Assembly (NCBI GenBank): GCA_001816655.1
Contig: MHCP01000015.1
Coordinates: 96,049-160,048, forward strand
Length of the DNA: 64,000 bases
Source of the DNA: Candidatus Woykebacteria bacterium RBG_13_40_15
GTDB taxonomy: Bacteria > Patescibacteriota > Microgenomatia > Woykebacterales > RBG-16-39-9b
Direction of reading: 5' to 3'
Shown here: positions 15,516 to 25,647 of the stretch, in pieces
How the letters are laid out: each line of letters opens with the position of its first letter
Numbering within the stretch: the stretch's first letter is position 1
Position numbers and translations under genes: made by a program
The notes under the pieces: model-generated
What the model saw: the letters and a program-made list of their open reading frames with translations, nothing else
The model's database searches: none
Told to the model about the DNA's origin: nothing

Positions 15516-16328
15516 ATGCAAATAACAGCGGAAAATTTTACATTGCTAGCCAATTTAATACAGACTTCAAAAAAGATTTTGATTTTTGTTGGGGAAAATC
15601 CTAGTATTGATTGCCTAGCCGCTGCTATATTTCTCGAAGAAAATCTCTCGGGTGAAAATAAAAGCCTTGAAGTCGTTGCTTCAGGGAATATACCAGATAG
15701 TTTCAAATCTTTTTCAGAAAAGATTTCAAATAAGGCAAGTGCTAAAAAACTAGTTATATCTTTTAATTGGAAGGAATTAGCTGTGGAAAAAGTTTCTTAC
15801 AATTTGGAAGGTGATAATTTTAACTTTATTGTCACTCCAAGAAACAGAAAAATTAGCGGCGAGGAAGTAAAAATTTCTTACCAGGGACAGGAAGAAGATT
15901 TAATTATCGTTTTAGGTGTTTCCGCTTTGTCGGAGCTTGAGTATTTTTCAGGAAGTAGTAGTGATAAGCCAATGATCAATATCGATAAAAGTAACAAAAA
16001 CGAGCTTTTTGGGACTTTGAATTTCGTAAACTCTCAGGCAGATAGCATATCAGCAATTGTTGCGTCTATTTTTGAGAAAGCAAATTTACCAGTAAAACTA
16101 GCTACTAGTGGAGACTTACTAATTTTGGGAATTCGATCAGCAACAAATAATTTCAACAATGTTTTAGATCCGGCAACTTTTGAGGCGGCCGCTTTTGGCG
16201 CCCGATTAAAAGAGAGAGTAGAAGAAAGGGATAATTTAAAACCAAAGGAGGAGCTAAAGGAAGAAACAAATATACCGGCTGATTGGCTTGCCCCGAAAGT
16301 TTTGCATTCGAAAGAAATTCATAACTAG
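15516..16328 (+). CDS. Hypothetical protein, weak and degenerate DHH-phosphoesterase-like (NrnA-like) fold
   Basis: 270 aa. The N-terminus resembles DHH motif I, but the DHH triad is replaced. Occupies the rbfA/truB slot between infB and rpsO. Confidence 0.3.
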   Translation: MQITAENFTLLANLIQTSKKILIFVGENPSIDCLAAAIFLEENLSGENKSLEVVASGNIPDSFKSFSEKISNKASAKKLVISFNWKELAVEKVSYNLEGDNFNFIVTPRNRKISGEEVKISYQGQEEDLIIVLGVSALSELEYFSGSSSDKPMINIDKSNKNELFGTLNFVNSQADSISAIVASIFEKANLPVKLATSGDLLILGIRSATNNFNNVLDPATFEAAAFGARLKERVEERDNLKPKEELKEETNIPADWLAPKVLHSKEIHN

Positions 16329-16376
16329 CTTCCATCTTGAAGCTACATTTGTTATACTGAAATTGAATTAAAAATT

Positions 16377-16646
16377 ATGTCGCTTGAAAAAGAAGAAAAA
16401 AAGAAAATATTGGAGGAATTTGCCCAGCACCAAGGTGATACAGGAAGCCCAGAGGTGCAAATTGCTCTTTTGACCGAAAGAATAAAAAGACTAACGGAAC
16501 ATTTGAAGGGTCATAAAGGGGATGTTCATTCCCGAAGGGGCCTACTTCAAATGGTTAATAAGAGGCGTAGGATCCTCATGTATCTAACAAGAAAAGACCC
16601 AGACCGATATAAGGGTATAGTTGAAAAAGTTGGCCTTCATAAGTAA
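16377..16646 (+). CDS. rpsO: 30S ribosomal protein S15
   Basis: 89 aa with S15 signature [31 protein letters not shown]. Confidence 0.95.
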   Translation: MSLEKEEKKKILEEFAQHQGDTGSPEVQIALLTERIKRLTEHLKGHKGDVHSRRGLLQMVNKRRRILMYLTRKDPDRYKGIVEKVGLHK

Positions 16647-16680
16647 GTCACTTGCACATATATAGTAAAATAGTTAAACC

Positions 16681-16772
16681 GAGAATCAAGGCAACTTGAT
16701 AGGGGAGAAGTGATCTATAATCAATCTAAGTTGGTTGTAGGTCATGGCTCCCCGTATCTCTTCTTGATTCTC
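16681..16772 (+). promoter_or_regulatory. Structured pnp leader (nested long-range stem-loops)
   Basis: GAGAATCAAG (16681..16690) pairs with CTTGATTCTC (16763..16772). Inner GGGGAG / CTCCCC pair. Immediately upstream of the pnp ATG. Confidence 0.4.
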
Positions 16773-16788
16773 CAAGATAAAAAATTTC

Positions 16789-18864
16789 ATGGATAGAAGA
16801 AAATTAATAAAAAAAGAAATAACTTGGGCAGGCAAAACCCTGTCGCTGCAGTATGGAAAAATTGCGGAACAAGCGGATAGCGCTATTTTGGCCCGTTATG
16901 GCGACACTATGGTTTTGGCTACTGTGGTTTCAGCGCCGCCGCGTGAGGACGTGGACTTCTTCCCTTTAAGCGTTGACTATGAAGAGAAGCTTTATGCAGC
17001 GGGTCGAATTTCTACATCCCGGTTTATAAAAAGGGAGGGGCGCCCAACAGACGAAGCAATTTTGAACGGTAGATTAATTGACCGTTCAATAAGACCTCTT
17101 TTCCCTAAGGATTATTCGAATGAGGTGCAGGTAATAGTAACTGTTTTATCGTACGATCAAGAGAATGATCCAGATATTCCTTCGCTACTTGCTACGAGCG
17201 CTGTTTTGCAAACCTCCCCTATTCCTTGGGACGGCGAACTTGTTGGGGTTAGAGTTGGTTTTGGCAATGGGGGCTTTCTTTTAAACCCAACAAAAAACGA
17301 AGAGTCATTTTCAGACATGTCTCTAACTGTTTCTTTCAACAAGGAAAAAGTCGTAATGATTGAGTGTGGGGCCAATGAGATAGCCGAAGATGTTATTTTG
17401 GAGGCTTTAAAGTTTGGTAGAGAACAAGCAAAGCCGGCGCTCGAGATGATTAGTGAACTAGTAACCGAGGTTGGAGCTGAAAAAGCAAAAGTCGAAAAAG
17501 AAAAAATAGATGAAAAACTCGAAGCAGAAATTGTCTCTTTTATTAAAGAGAATTTCAAAAAAGACCTCTTTGATCCTGATAAAAGTGGCAAGGAAAGCGT
17601 CTTCGAGGACATGAAAGAGAATTTGTACGAAAAATTTGAGGGGAAGCTGACAAAGACTGAAATGAGTAAGATTTTCGATACGACAGTTAAAAAAATGGTT
17701 CGTGAAAATATTGTTCAGGACGAGAAAAGACCCGATAACCGCCCTCTAACGGAGGTAAGACCAATAGAAATTGAGGTTGGGGTTTTGCCCCGCACACATG
17801 GGTCGGCTATTTTTAGACGAGGGGACACTCAGGTTTTGAGTGTAGCGACGCTGGGTTCGACCTCCTTGGAACAATTAATAGAGGGAATGGAAGGGGAAGC
17901 GAAAAAGCGATTCATGCATCACTATACTTTTCCTCCCTTTTCCACCGGAGAGGTTCGCCGCTTAGGGTCTCCAGGAAGGAGAGAAATTGGGCACGGGGTT
18001 TTAGCAGAAAAATCCCTAGTCCCTGTAATTCCTGAGGATGACAAATTTCCATATACTATCAGAGTAGTATCCGAAGTCTTGTCTTCCTCTGGTTCGACAT
18101 CTATGGGAAGTATTTGCGGTTCAGTTCTTGCCCTGATGGACGCTGGGGTTCCAATTGCAGCACCTGTTTCTGGTATAGCCATGGGGTTGGTAATTGAAGG
18201 AGAGAAATACAAAATCTTAACAGATCTACAAGCGTTGGAAGATTTTTATGGGGATATGGATTTTAAAATTGCTGGGACTACCAAAGGGGTTACAGGAATT
18301 CAGCTTGACGTAAAAATCGATGGCTTAAACGATAAAATTATATCAGAAACCCTTTCAAGGGCAAAAGAAGGAAGAGCCTTTATACTCGACCAGATGTTAA
18401 AAGCTTTGCCAAAATCAAGAGAAGATATCTCAAAATACGCACCAAAAGTAATGGTTGTTAACATTCCTCAGAAAAAGATAGGCGAGGTTATTGGTAGTGG
18501 TGGTAAAACAATTAATAGAATAATTGACGAAACAGGTGCAGCAATTGATATTGATGATGACGGGACAGTCCACATAACAAGCACGACAGAGGAGGGCTTG
18601 AACAAAGCAGCGGATTGGATAAAAGGACTCACTCATGAAGTTCGCCCCGGCGAAATCTATGAGGGAACCGTAAAGAGAATAATGCCGTTTGGGGCAATGG
18701 TCGAAATTTTACCTGGAAAAGAAGGGTTGGTACATATTTCTCAGCTGGCTACATACCGGGTTGAAGACATTAACAAAGAAGTGGAAGCTGGCCAGAAATT
18801 TAAAGTAAAAGTACTTGAGATTGATCATCAAGGACGAGTAAACCTCACCCGCAAAGGGGTATAA
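16789..18864 (+). CDS. pnp: Polynucleotide phosphorylase
   Basis: Two RNase PH domains, then KH and S1 domains. 691 aa. Confidence 0.95.
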   Translation: MDRRKLIKKEITWAGKTLSLQYGKIAEQADSAILARYGDTMVLATVVSAPPREDVDFFPLSVDYEEKLYAAGRISTSRFIKREGRPTDEAILNGRLIDRSIRPLFPKDYSNEVQVIVTVLSYDQENDPDIPSLLATSAVLQTSPIPWDGELVGVRVGFGNGGFLLNPTKNEESFSDMSLTVSFNKEKVVMIECGANEIAEDVILEALKFGREQAKPALEMISELVTEVGAEKAKVEKEKIDEKLEAEIVSFIKENFKKDLFDPDKSGKESVFEDMKENLYEKFEGKLTKTEMSKIFDTTVKKMVRENIVQDEKRPDNRPLTEVRPIEIEVGVLPRTHGSAIFRRGDTQVLSVATLGSTSLEQLIEGMEGEAKKRFMHHYTFPPFSTGEVRRLGSPGRREIGHGVLAEKSLVPVIPEDDKFPYTIRVVSEVLSSSGSTSMGSICGSVLALMDAGVPIAAPVSGIAMGLVIEGEKYKILTDLQALEDFYGDMDFKIAGTTKGVTGIQLDVKIDGLNDKIISETLSRAKEGRAFILDQMLKALPKSREDISKYAPKVMVVNIPQKKIGEVIGSGGKTINRIIDETGAAIDIDDDGTVHITSTTEEGLNKAADWIKGLTHEVRPGEIYEGTVKRIMPFGAMVEILPGKEGLVHISQLATYRVEDINKEVEAGQKFKVKVLEIDHQGRVNLTRKGV

Positions 18865-18874
18865 GTTTTCTTTA

Positions 18875-19486
18875 ATGGAAAAAAGCAGACTTTTACAGCT
18901 AGCCAAACAAATTGAAGTTTGCCGCCGTTGCGATTTATATAAAGGTGCAAAAAACGCAGTTCCCGGCGAAGGAAATCCCAAAACAGGCATTTTATTTATA
19001 GGGGAAGCCCCTGGTTTTAATGAAGATATCCAGGGTTTACCATTTGTCGGCAATGCTGGTAAATACTTAGATAATTTGCTAACAAAGATAGGTTTAAGTC
19101 GAGGGGATGTTTTTATAACAAACATGGTGAAGCACCGACCACCTGAGAATCGGGATCCTAGTTTTGGTGAAATTGCAGCTTGTAATGCATGGTTGGAGGA
19201 GCAACTGACAATAATAGAGCCAAAGGTTATTGTTACATTGGGTAGGCTAAGTTTAAATTATTTTTTGCCAAACGCAAAAATATCAGATGTTCATGGGCAT
19301 CCGTATCGTGTCCGAAATTATATTGTTTTACCGATGTATCATCCAGCAGCTGCTTTAAGGAGTATGCAGATAACAACAGAATTAGAGAGCGATTTTCAAA
19401 AAAACCTAGAATTACTAAATAATCCAGATCTTAGCAAGCATATTACGGAATCGTATCAGGACAGCGGGCAGGCCAGCCTTTTTTAA
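18875..19486 (+). CDS. Uracil-DNA glycosylase, family 4 (Fe-S type)
   Basis: CRRCDLY...GEGNP...ILFIGEAPG..ED..G.PFVG.AG motifs typical of family 4 UDG. Confidence 0.85.
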   Translation: MEKSRLLQLAKQIEVCRRCDLYKGAKNAVPGEGNPKTGILFIGEAPGFNEDIQGLPFVGNAGKYLDNLLTKIGLSRGDVFITNMVKHRPPENRDPSFGEIAACNAWLEEQLTIIEPKVIVTLGRLSLNYFLPNAKISDVHGHPYRVRNYIVLPMYHPAAALRSMQITTELESDFQKNLELLNNPDLSKHITESYQDSGQASLF

Positions 19487-19488
19487 AT

Positions 19489-21186
19489 ATGAGTAAAAAA
19501 TTTAAATTAAATGAAAATAGAAGCTATTACGGTAGAGGAAAGTTGAAATTTTTGCCGCTTGGAGGTAATGGTCAAGTGACAAAAAACATGTTCGTTTACG
19601 AATATGGCAGTGATATTTTATTAATTGATTGCGGTATGGGTTTCCCAAGTGAAATGCTCTACGGTGTTGATATGGTTATCCCAGATATTTCTTACCTTGC
19701 TGATAAACGTAATAAAATAAGAGCATTCCTAATTACCCATGGACACGAAGACCATATTGGGGCTCTGCCGTATATTATTGATAAAATTTCTGTTCCAATT
19801 TATGCCACGAAGCTAACAATTGGGTTAATAAAAGCCAGATTAAAAGAAGCAGGAAAACTTAATTTTGCTAATTTTGTTCAAGTAGAGCCTGGAAAAAGAT
19901 ATCAAATCGGCTCCTTTTCAGTAGAACCTTTCCAAGTAAGCCATTCGATTCCCGATTCGGTTGGCTACTACTTAAGTACACCCTTAGGTAGCTTCGTTCA
20001 TACGGGGGATTACAAATTTGACTGGAGCCCGATTGATGGAAGAACCACTGATGTTGAGCGGTTAACAGAGTACGGTAAAAAAGGAGTGCTGGCGCTGATG
20101 AGCGATTGTTTAAGAAGTGAGAAACCAGGAACTACATTGTCGGAGGCGGATATTGGAAAAAATTTTGAAGAGGCAATGAGGGAAACAAGCGGGAGAGTAA
20201 TCATCACAACCTTTTCCTCCAATGTTTCAAGAATACAGCAAGGTATAGATGCCAGTATAAAAAACAATCGCAAGGTATCAATTGCCGGAAGAAGTATGGA
20301 ACAAAACGTAAAAGTTGCAATAGATTTGGGTTATTTGAAAATTCCAAAAGATGTAGTAGTAGGCTTAAATCAAATAGACAAAATCCCCGACAGAAACCTA
20401 ACTTTAATTGTCGCTGGAAGTCAGGGTCAACCAGGAAGTAGCTTATCGAGGATTGCAGCTAGCGAACACAAATTTATCAATATAAAAAAAGGGGACTTAA
20501 TTATTTTTTCTGCTGACCCGATTCCTGGAAATCAAGACTCTGTATATGAGATGATTGACAATCTTTCAAAACTCGGGGCAATAATAAAATACTCTGATAT
20601 AACTTCTGATTTTCACGTATCTGGGCATGCGTCACAAAGTGAACTGATGCTTATGCTTTCACTGGTTAGACCAAAATACTTGGTCCCAATTTCAGGCATG
20701 CACCGGCAGATGCAACAGTATGCACTGCTTGCAAGAGGAAACGGAATACCTTCTCAAAATATATTTGTTGTTGACGAAGGTGGCCTAATAGAATTTGACG
20801 AACATGGTGCAAGAACCTGTGGTGAAGTAGAAACAACCAATGTTTTTGTGGACGGAATTGGCGTTGGGGACGTTGGCTCAATAGTTCTTAGAGACAGGAA
20901 AACTTTAGCTGAAGAGGGAATTGTAGTAGTGATAATTACGATCCATAAAAAAACAAGCCAATTGATTGAGGAGCCGGAGATTGTTTCACGAGGCTTCGTT
21001 TATATGAGAGAAAGCGAGGATCTTATGAAAGAAGCAGTAAAAGTAGTAAAAAAGAGCATAGGAAACAATGGAAGAATTAAAAATTGGATGGTTATCCGCG
21101 AAAGAGTAACAGAGGACCTTGAAAAATTTCTTTTCCAAAAAACCGCCCGCCGCCCAATGGTCCTGCCAGTGATTATTGATGTTTAA
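19489..21186 (+). CDS. rnj: Ribonuclease J (metallo-beta-lactamase/beta-CASP)
   Basis: HGHEDHIG motif, beta-CASP region and RNase J C-terminal domain. 565 aa. Confidence 0.9.
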   Translation: MSKKFKLNENRSYYGRGKLKFLPLGGNGQVTKNMFVYEYGSDILLIDCGMGFPSEMLYGVDMVIPDISYLADKRNKIRAFLITHGHEDHIGALPYIIDKISVPIYATKLTIGLIKARLKEAGKLNFANFVQVEPGKRYQIGSFSVEPFQVSHSIPDSVGYYLSTPLGSFVHTGDYKFDWSPIDGRTTDVERLTEYGKKGVLALMSDCLRSEKPGTTLSEADIGKNFEEAMRETSGRVIITTFSSNVSRIQQGIDASIKNNRKVSIAGRSMEQNVKVAIDLGYLKIPKDVVVGLNQIDKIPDRNLTLIVAGSQGQPGSSLSRIAASEHKFINIKKGDLIIFSADPIPGNQDSVYEMIDNLSKLGAIIKYSDITSDFHVSGHASQSELMLMLSLVRPKYLVPISGMHRQMQQYALLARGNGIPSQNIFVVDEGGLIEFDEHGARTCGEVETTNVFVDGIGVGDVGSIVLRDRKTLAEEGIVVVIITIHKKTSQLIEEPEIVSRGFVYMRESEDLMKEAVKVVKKSIGNNGRIKNWMVIRERVTEDLEKFLFQKTARRPMVLPVIIDV

Positions 21187-21219
21187 CCTGACGTATCCTC
21201 TATCGTTTCACTTACTTTC

Positions 21220-21819
21220 CTAAAGTGCTCCGCACTTAAATAAAATAACCCCCCCTTCCTGATCATAGTAATACTCATCTGTAAAAGATTCTGGAGCAAC
21301 TTCTTCGTCGGCACCAAACCCGTATATTTCCTTTAACTGGGGGAGGGTGTACCTGGGAGCCCAAGTCATGGGCTGTTTTTTGAATCGATGGGCGATTTCT
21401 TCTGCCTGCTTTTGGATTTCTGAAACCCAAGCTGTACCGTTTTTAATTATGATTTTAACATCCAATTCCCGACTGTCCGCTCGTTCAACAACTTCGCCCA
21501 ATTGCCTTCCGAGTTCTTGATTTTCAGGTGAAAGAGTATCGTAATCAATCATTATATATGCAAATCCCGTTTGGACGCTTTCTTTATTTGCTGAGGTAGA
21601 TCGTGTATGGACATTTTTATCGTATAATTCTTCGCACGCTGTTACTAGAGGAGTCTCAACTATGTCTCTTATATCTTCTCTCTTTCGGATTGGCCGGTAA
21701 CTTTGTTTAATAGGCGCGACTTCATCTAATCTGACTGGTGTTTCTTCAGGCCTCTCAAGGTCAGGATTTTGTGTTTGCGGGCCGATTTCCTCTGGTGAAG
21801 GGCCGGGTATTTCGCTCAT
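21220..21819 (-). CDS. Hypothetical protein (orphan, minus strand)
   Basis: 199-aa ORF, the only minus-strand gene in a long plus-strand block. No recognisable domain. Confidence 0.45.
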   Translation of the reverse strand: MSEIPGPSPEEIGPQTQNPDLERPEETPVRLDEVAPIKQSYRPIRKREDIRDIVETPLVTACEELYDKNVHTRSTSANKESVQTGFAYIMIDYDTLSPENQELGRQLGEVVERADSRELDVKIIIKNGTAWVSEIQKQAEEIAHRFKKQPMTWAPRYTLPQLKEIYGFGADEEVAPESFTDEYYYDQEGGVILFKCGAL

Positions 21820-21889
21820 GATTTAATTATTGCTGCAGGAGAAGAAGTAAGTCAAATTAATAAACGATGGTCTTGAAGCAGTCATTAGC

Positions 21890-21918
21890 TTGAACCCCAG
21901 AGTAATTGAGGGTATAAT
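21890..21918 (+). promoter_or_regulatory. Putative sigma70 promoter of ftsK (TTGAAC-17-TATAAT)
   Basis: -35 at 21890..21895, 17-nt spacer, -10 at 21913..21918. Confidence 0.5.
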
Positions 21919-21927
21919 TACCTCACA

Positions 21928-24024
21928 ATGCCCTATCGTCGAAGAAAGTACTCAACAGGTTTTTCAAAGATCAAGCTAAAGAAAAAGACTTTCCAAGCAC
22001 TGGCGGGATTGGTTTTTATTTTGGCTGCGGGTATTACTTTGCTTTCACTTTTCAGTGTTTCATATCCAGCAGTTCTGCTACACGAACAACTTGTAAAATA
22101 TTTCGGGTTTATTACGCCACTTCTGCCAATTGCCCTAACAGTAGCTGGACTCTTCCTTTTGAAAGTAAAGCTACCAATCACTGGGGCGAACAGTGTGGCT
22201 GGGCTATATCTATTCCTGCTTTCGATCCTTTCGTTGGTGGCCACCTTTTCCCCAGCAAAAGGGGGAGTTGTTGGTCAGTCTATCGCTGATATCTTAAGTC
22301 AAACACTTTCCAAGCCAGGGGCCTTTTTTACCTTTTTTATTTTGATGCTTGTTTCGATTGTGGTCTTTTTCAACACATCTCTCGAGACGCTAATAAACGT
22401 TCTTGGGCTTGCCGGTTCTGCTACCCTTTCTTTTCTTAAAGCCGTATTTGCCGGAAAAGAAGGAGAGGAAGAAGAAAAAGAACCAACATTTACTACGAGA
22501 GGTTTAGATAATCAAGCGAAGGCCGAAAAAGAAGAGGAACTTCCTAGTATGAAAGCTCCGATAACTAATTTGCCTGGAAGCGAAGACGTTTGGGAATACC
22601 CCCCCATTGATTTGTTGACAGATAGTCTTGGTGCGAAAGCAACCCGTGGGGATATAAAACAAAGTGCAGCAATTATTGAGAAAACTTTAGAATCGTTTGG
22701 TATTCAAGCAAAAGTTGTTGAGGTAAATATGGGTCCGGCTGTTACCCAATACGCACTCGAAATTGCACTCGGAACAAAACTAACAAAAATTACCTCTTTA
22801 GCCAATGATATTGCCTTGGCGCTAGCCGCTCCTACGGGGACAGTTCGTATAGAAGCGCCAATTCCTGGAAAATCATTAGTTGGTATAGAAGTACCAAACC
22901 TGACATTAGAAATAGTACCGCTTAAAAACGTCTTAACCTCCGCACAAATGCAAAAAGCGAAATCAAAGGTAGAACTTGCGCTGGGCTTAGATGTTTCTGG
23001 CCAATCAGTGGTTGATGACTTAGCTCGAATGCCTCATATGCTTATAGCAGGTAGTACTGGTTCTGGTAAAAGTGTAGCGATCAATGCCTTTATCGCAACA
23101 ATTTTGTTCCGGGCCTCTCCCAACGAAGTAAAATTTATTTTAGTCGATCCAAAAATAGTCGAGCTTTCAAATTGGACGGGCATTCCCCATCTCCTAACCC
23201 CCGTTATTAATGAGCCGGAAAAGGTACTCTCGGCACTTCGTTGGGCAATTGGGGAAATGGAAAAAAGATACAAATTATTTGCGGAAATAGGGGCACGCAA
23301 CATAAATATGTATAACGAGATGAGCGGCTTCCAAGCCTTGCCCTATATAGTTATTATTATCGACGAGTTGGCAGATATCATGCTGTTTGCTCCAGTCGAG
23401 GTTGAAGATGCTATCACTAGACTTGCCCAAATGTCCCGAGCTGTCGGGATCCATATGATTTTGGCAACACAACGCCCAAGTGTCGATGTTTTGACAGGAT
23501 TGATAAAAGCCAATATTCCCTGCCGGGTTTCATTTAATGTCACAAGTCAGATTGACAGCCGGGTAATTATTGACCAGGTTGGTTCCGAAAAATTACTGGG
23601 AAGGGGAGATATGCTTTATGTTCCGCCAGACGCATCGAAGCCATCAAGAATCCAGGGAGTTTTTGTCTCGGAGCCGGAAATAAACAGGTTGATTGGCTTC
23701 TTAAAGAAATCCGGAATAGAACCTCAATATACCGAAGAGGTAACGACAACCCCGGTTTCAAAATTAGCCGGTAAGAAAGGGACAGAAGATGAACTTTTTG
23801 AAGAAGCGGTAAAAGCTGTTGTTCAATACGACCGTGCAAGCGCGTCATTATTGCAGAGACGTTTACGTATCGGTTACGCAAGGGCAGCAAGGCTTTTAGA
23901 CGAGTTAGAAGGTGCTGGTGTTGTGGGAGTAGCCGATGGTAGTAAGGCGCGAGACGTTTTGGTAAAAGATGCGGAAAGAGTAATAGGTAGCGCGTCCAAG
24001 GAGGGATCTGAAGAAAAAGGCTAA
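21928..24024 (+). CDS. ftsK: DNA translocase FtsK/SpoIIIE
   Basis: N-terminal TM helices. Walker A (GSTGSGKS) and Walker B motifs. C-terminal winged-helix gamma domain. Confidence 0.9.
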   Translation: MPYRRRKYSTGFSKIKLKKKTFQALAGLVFILAAGITLLSLFSVSYPAVLLHEQLVKYFGFITPLLPIALTVAGLFLLKVKLPITGANSVAGLYLFLLSILSLVATFSPAKGGVVGQSIADILSQTLSKPGAFFTFFILMLVSIVVFFNTSLETLINVLGLAGSATLSFLKAVFAGKEGEEEEKEPTFTTRGLDNQAKAEKEEELPSMKAPITNLPGSEDVWEYPPIDLLTDSLGAKATRGDIKQSAAIIEKTLESFGIQAKVVEVNMGPAVTQYALEIALGTKLTKITSLANDIALALAAPTGTVRIEAPIPGKSLVGIEVPNLTLEIVPLKNVLTSAQMQKAKSKVELALGLDVSGQSVVDDLARMPHMLIAGSTGSGKSVAINAFIATILFRASPNEVKFILVDPKIVELSNWTGIPHLLTPVINEPEKVLSALRWAIGEMEKRYKLFAEIGARNINMYNEMSGFQALPYIVIIIDELADIMLFAPVEVEDAITRLAQMSRAVGIHMILATQRPSVDVLTGLIKANIPCRVSFNVTSQIDSRVIIDQVGSEKLLGRGDMLYVPPDASKPSRIQGVFVSEPEINRLIGFLKKSGIEPQYTEEVTTTPVSKLAGKKGTEDELFEEAVKAVVQYDRASASLLQRRLRIGYARAARLLDELEGAGVVGVADGSKARDVLVKDAERVIGSASKEGSEEKG

Positions 24025-24040
24025 AAATTGGTAGGTTTTT

Positions 24041-24934
24041 ATGAGGACAGTAGGTGAAATTTTAAGTGAGGCCAGGAATAAAAGAAACCTAAGCTATGAG
24101 CAGGTTGAAAAAGAAACAAAGATCCGGAAAAAAATAATTAAGATTCTGGAAGAAAGTGACTGGAGTAGCCTCCCCCCAACTTACATCAAAGGGCTCTTAA
24201 AAAACTATTCAAGTTATTTAGGATTGGAAGAAAAAAGAATTCTAGCTTTTTTCAGAAGGGAATACGATGAGAAAAAATCCCTATCGGGAGTAAAACCTGT
24301 GGCAAAATTACGTACTGGTTTTCGATTTACCCCTGGTGTTGTTACAGCCTTTTTGTTTGGCCTGGTCACACTGGCAGTAGTTTGGTATTTATTTTCCCAG
24401 TACCAGTCTTTTACAGCGCCCCCGAAATTGGAGATTTTAGAACCCAAAGACAATATAAAAATTTCTTCCATGGAGGTCAATGTCGTTGGGCGTACTTGGA
24501 GCGATTCAATTTTAAAAATTAACGGCGAAACAGTGCAAGTTTCTCCCGGAGGTACTTTTTCAGTTGCTGTTGGACTAAAAGAAGGTAATAACACCTTGAC
24601 GATTACCGCGGCTAATAGATTTGGAAAAATTAGTAAAGTTACAAGGACTATTTTGGTCGAATTAACAAAACAAAAAACAAGCACATCTTCAAGCGAGAAA
24701 AATCTGAGCCTTACCCTACAAATTCTGAATAAATCTACCTTCGTAACAGTTGAGGGGGATGGAAAAGTATTTTTCGAAGGGCTAATGTTAGCGAATACAA
24801 AAAAGGAATTTACAGCAAAAGAAAAAATCAAAATCAAGACCGAAAATGGAGCCACAACAAAAGTGGTAATCGATGGGCAAGAATTAATTTTAGGAAAAGA
24901 GGGAGAAAAGGTGGAAAAAGACTTTACCCTATAG
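24041..24934 (+). CDS. RodZ-like protein (N-terminal XRE-type HTH, one TM, periplasmic beta-rich domain)
   Basis: N-terminal HTH (EILSEARNKRNLSYEQVEKETKIR). TM at about residues 100-120. Confidence 0.55.
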   Translation: MRTVGEILSEARNKRNLSYEQVEKETKIRKKIIKILEESDWSSLPPTYIKGLLKNYSSYLGLEEKRILAFFRREYDEKKSLSGVKPVAKLRTGFRFTPGVVTAFLFGLVTLAVVWYLFSQYQSFTAPPKLEILEPKDNIKISSMEVNVVGRTWSDSILKINGETVQVSPGGTFSVAVGLKEGNNTLTITAANRFGKISKVTRTILVELTKQKTSTSSSEKNLSLTLQILNKSTFVTVEGDGKVFFEGLMLANTKKEFTAKEKIKIKTENGATTKVVIDGQELILGKEGEKVEKDFTL

Positions 24935-25004
24935 GTAAAAATAACTCTTGCTAACAATATAGAAACTTGCTATTCTTGCTCTACTTTAAAAATAAACTGC
25001 TCTA

Positions 25005-25289
25005 ATGGACGCAACAACTTTTCTTCTTGTAATTATATTTTTAGTCGCGGTCGTTTTAATAGCGGTTGGAGTTTATCTAATCATTGTTCTAACTGAATTC
25101 CGAGCCACAATACGTCACACGAATAAAATCTTAGCTCACGTGGATTCCCTTCTTGAAATCGTAGATAATAAAATTGCCCGGCCAGCAAGTTCATTGGTTG
25201 GAATTTTGGGAGTAGTAAAGGACGTAGCCGATTTATTTAAAGATTTCCAAAATAAAGTGCATAAACATGGAGAATCACACGAGCGATAA
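25005..25289 (+). CDS. Small membrane protein, hypothetical
   Basis: 94 aa with an N-terminal TM helix and coiled-coil-like remainder. Confidence 0.4.
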   Translation: MDATTFLLVIIFLVAVVLIAVGVYLIIVLTEFRATIRHTNKILAHVDSLLEIVDNKIARPASSLVGILGVVKDVADLFKDFQNKVHKHGESHER

Positions 25290-25581
25290 TAAAAATGAAG
25301 AGGGCCTTTTTAAAGGGTTGTTTTTTGGCGTACTTGTTGGGGTTGGTTTAGTTTTATTTCTAAACAGCAAAACTGGAAAAGAATTTGTAGAAAAAGCTAA
25401 AGAAAAAATTGACGAAGTTCTCTCCGAAGATTTAGAGGAAGGTGATTACGAGGAAACGGTGGATGAAAATGTAGTACCAGCACCAGTTGAATCAAGCGCG
25501 CCAGCAGTAACTGAAACAAATGAGGAAACAGCAGAACCAGTAGAACCCCCACACAGATTTTTTGAGAAAAAGGAAGAATAA
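25267..25581 (+). CDS. YtxH-like (DUF948-like) small membrane protein
   Basis: N-terminal TM helix followed by a GKEF..KAKE helical region. Acidic tail. Confidence 0.4.
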   Translation: MENHTSDNKNEEGLFKGLFFGVLVGVGLVLFLNSKTGKEFVEKAKEKIDEVLSEDLEEGDYEETVDENVVPAPVESSAPAVTETNEETAEPVEPPHRFFEKKEE

Positions 25582-25647
25582 GCTTTTCTTTGCAATCTAC
25601 CCACAGTTCACATATAATTTGAGCTAATCTGCCTTTACCTAAATAAA

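Noticed and set aside
16696-16721. Possible promoter TTGATA...TATAAT inside the pnp leader
   Set aside because: The spacer would be only about 14 nt, too short for a functional sigma70 promoter.
21223-21237. Hairpin AAGTGC-tcc-GCACTT near the rnj / minus-gene junction
   Set aside because: It lies inside the 3' coding end of the minus-strand ORF and has no U-tract, so it is not convincingly a terminator.
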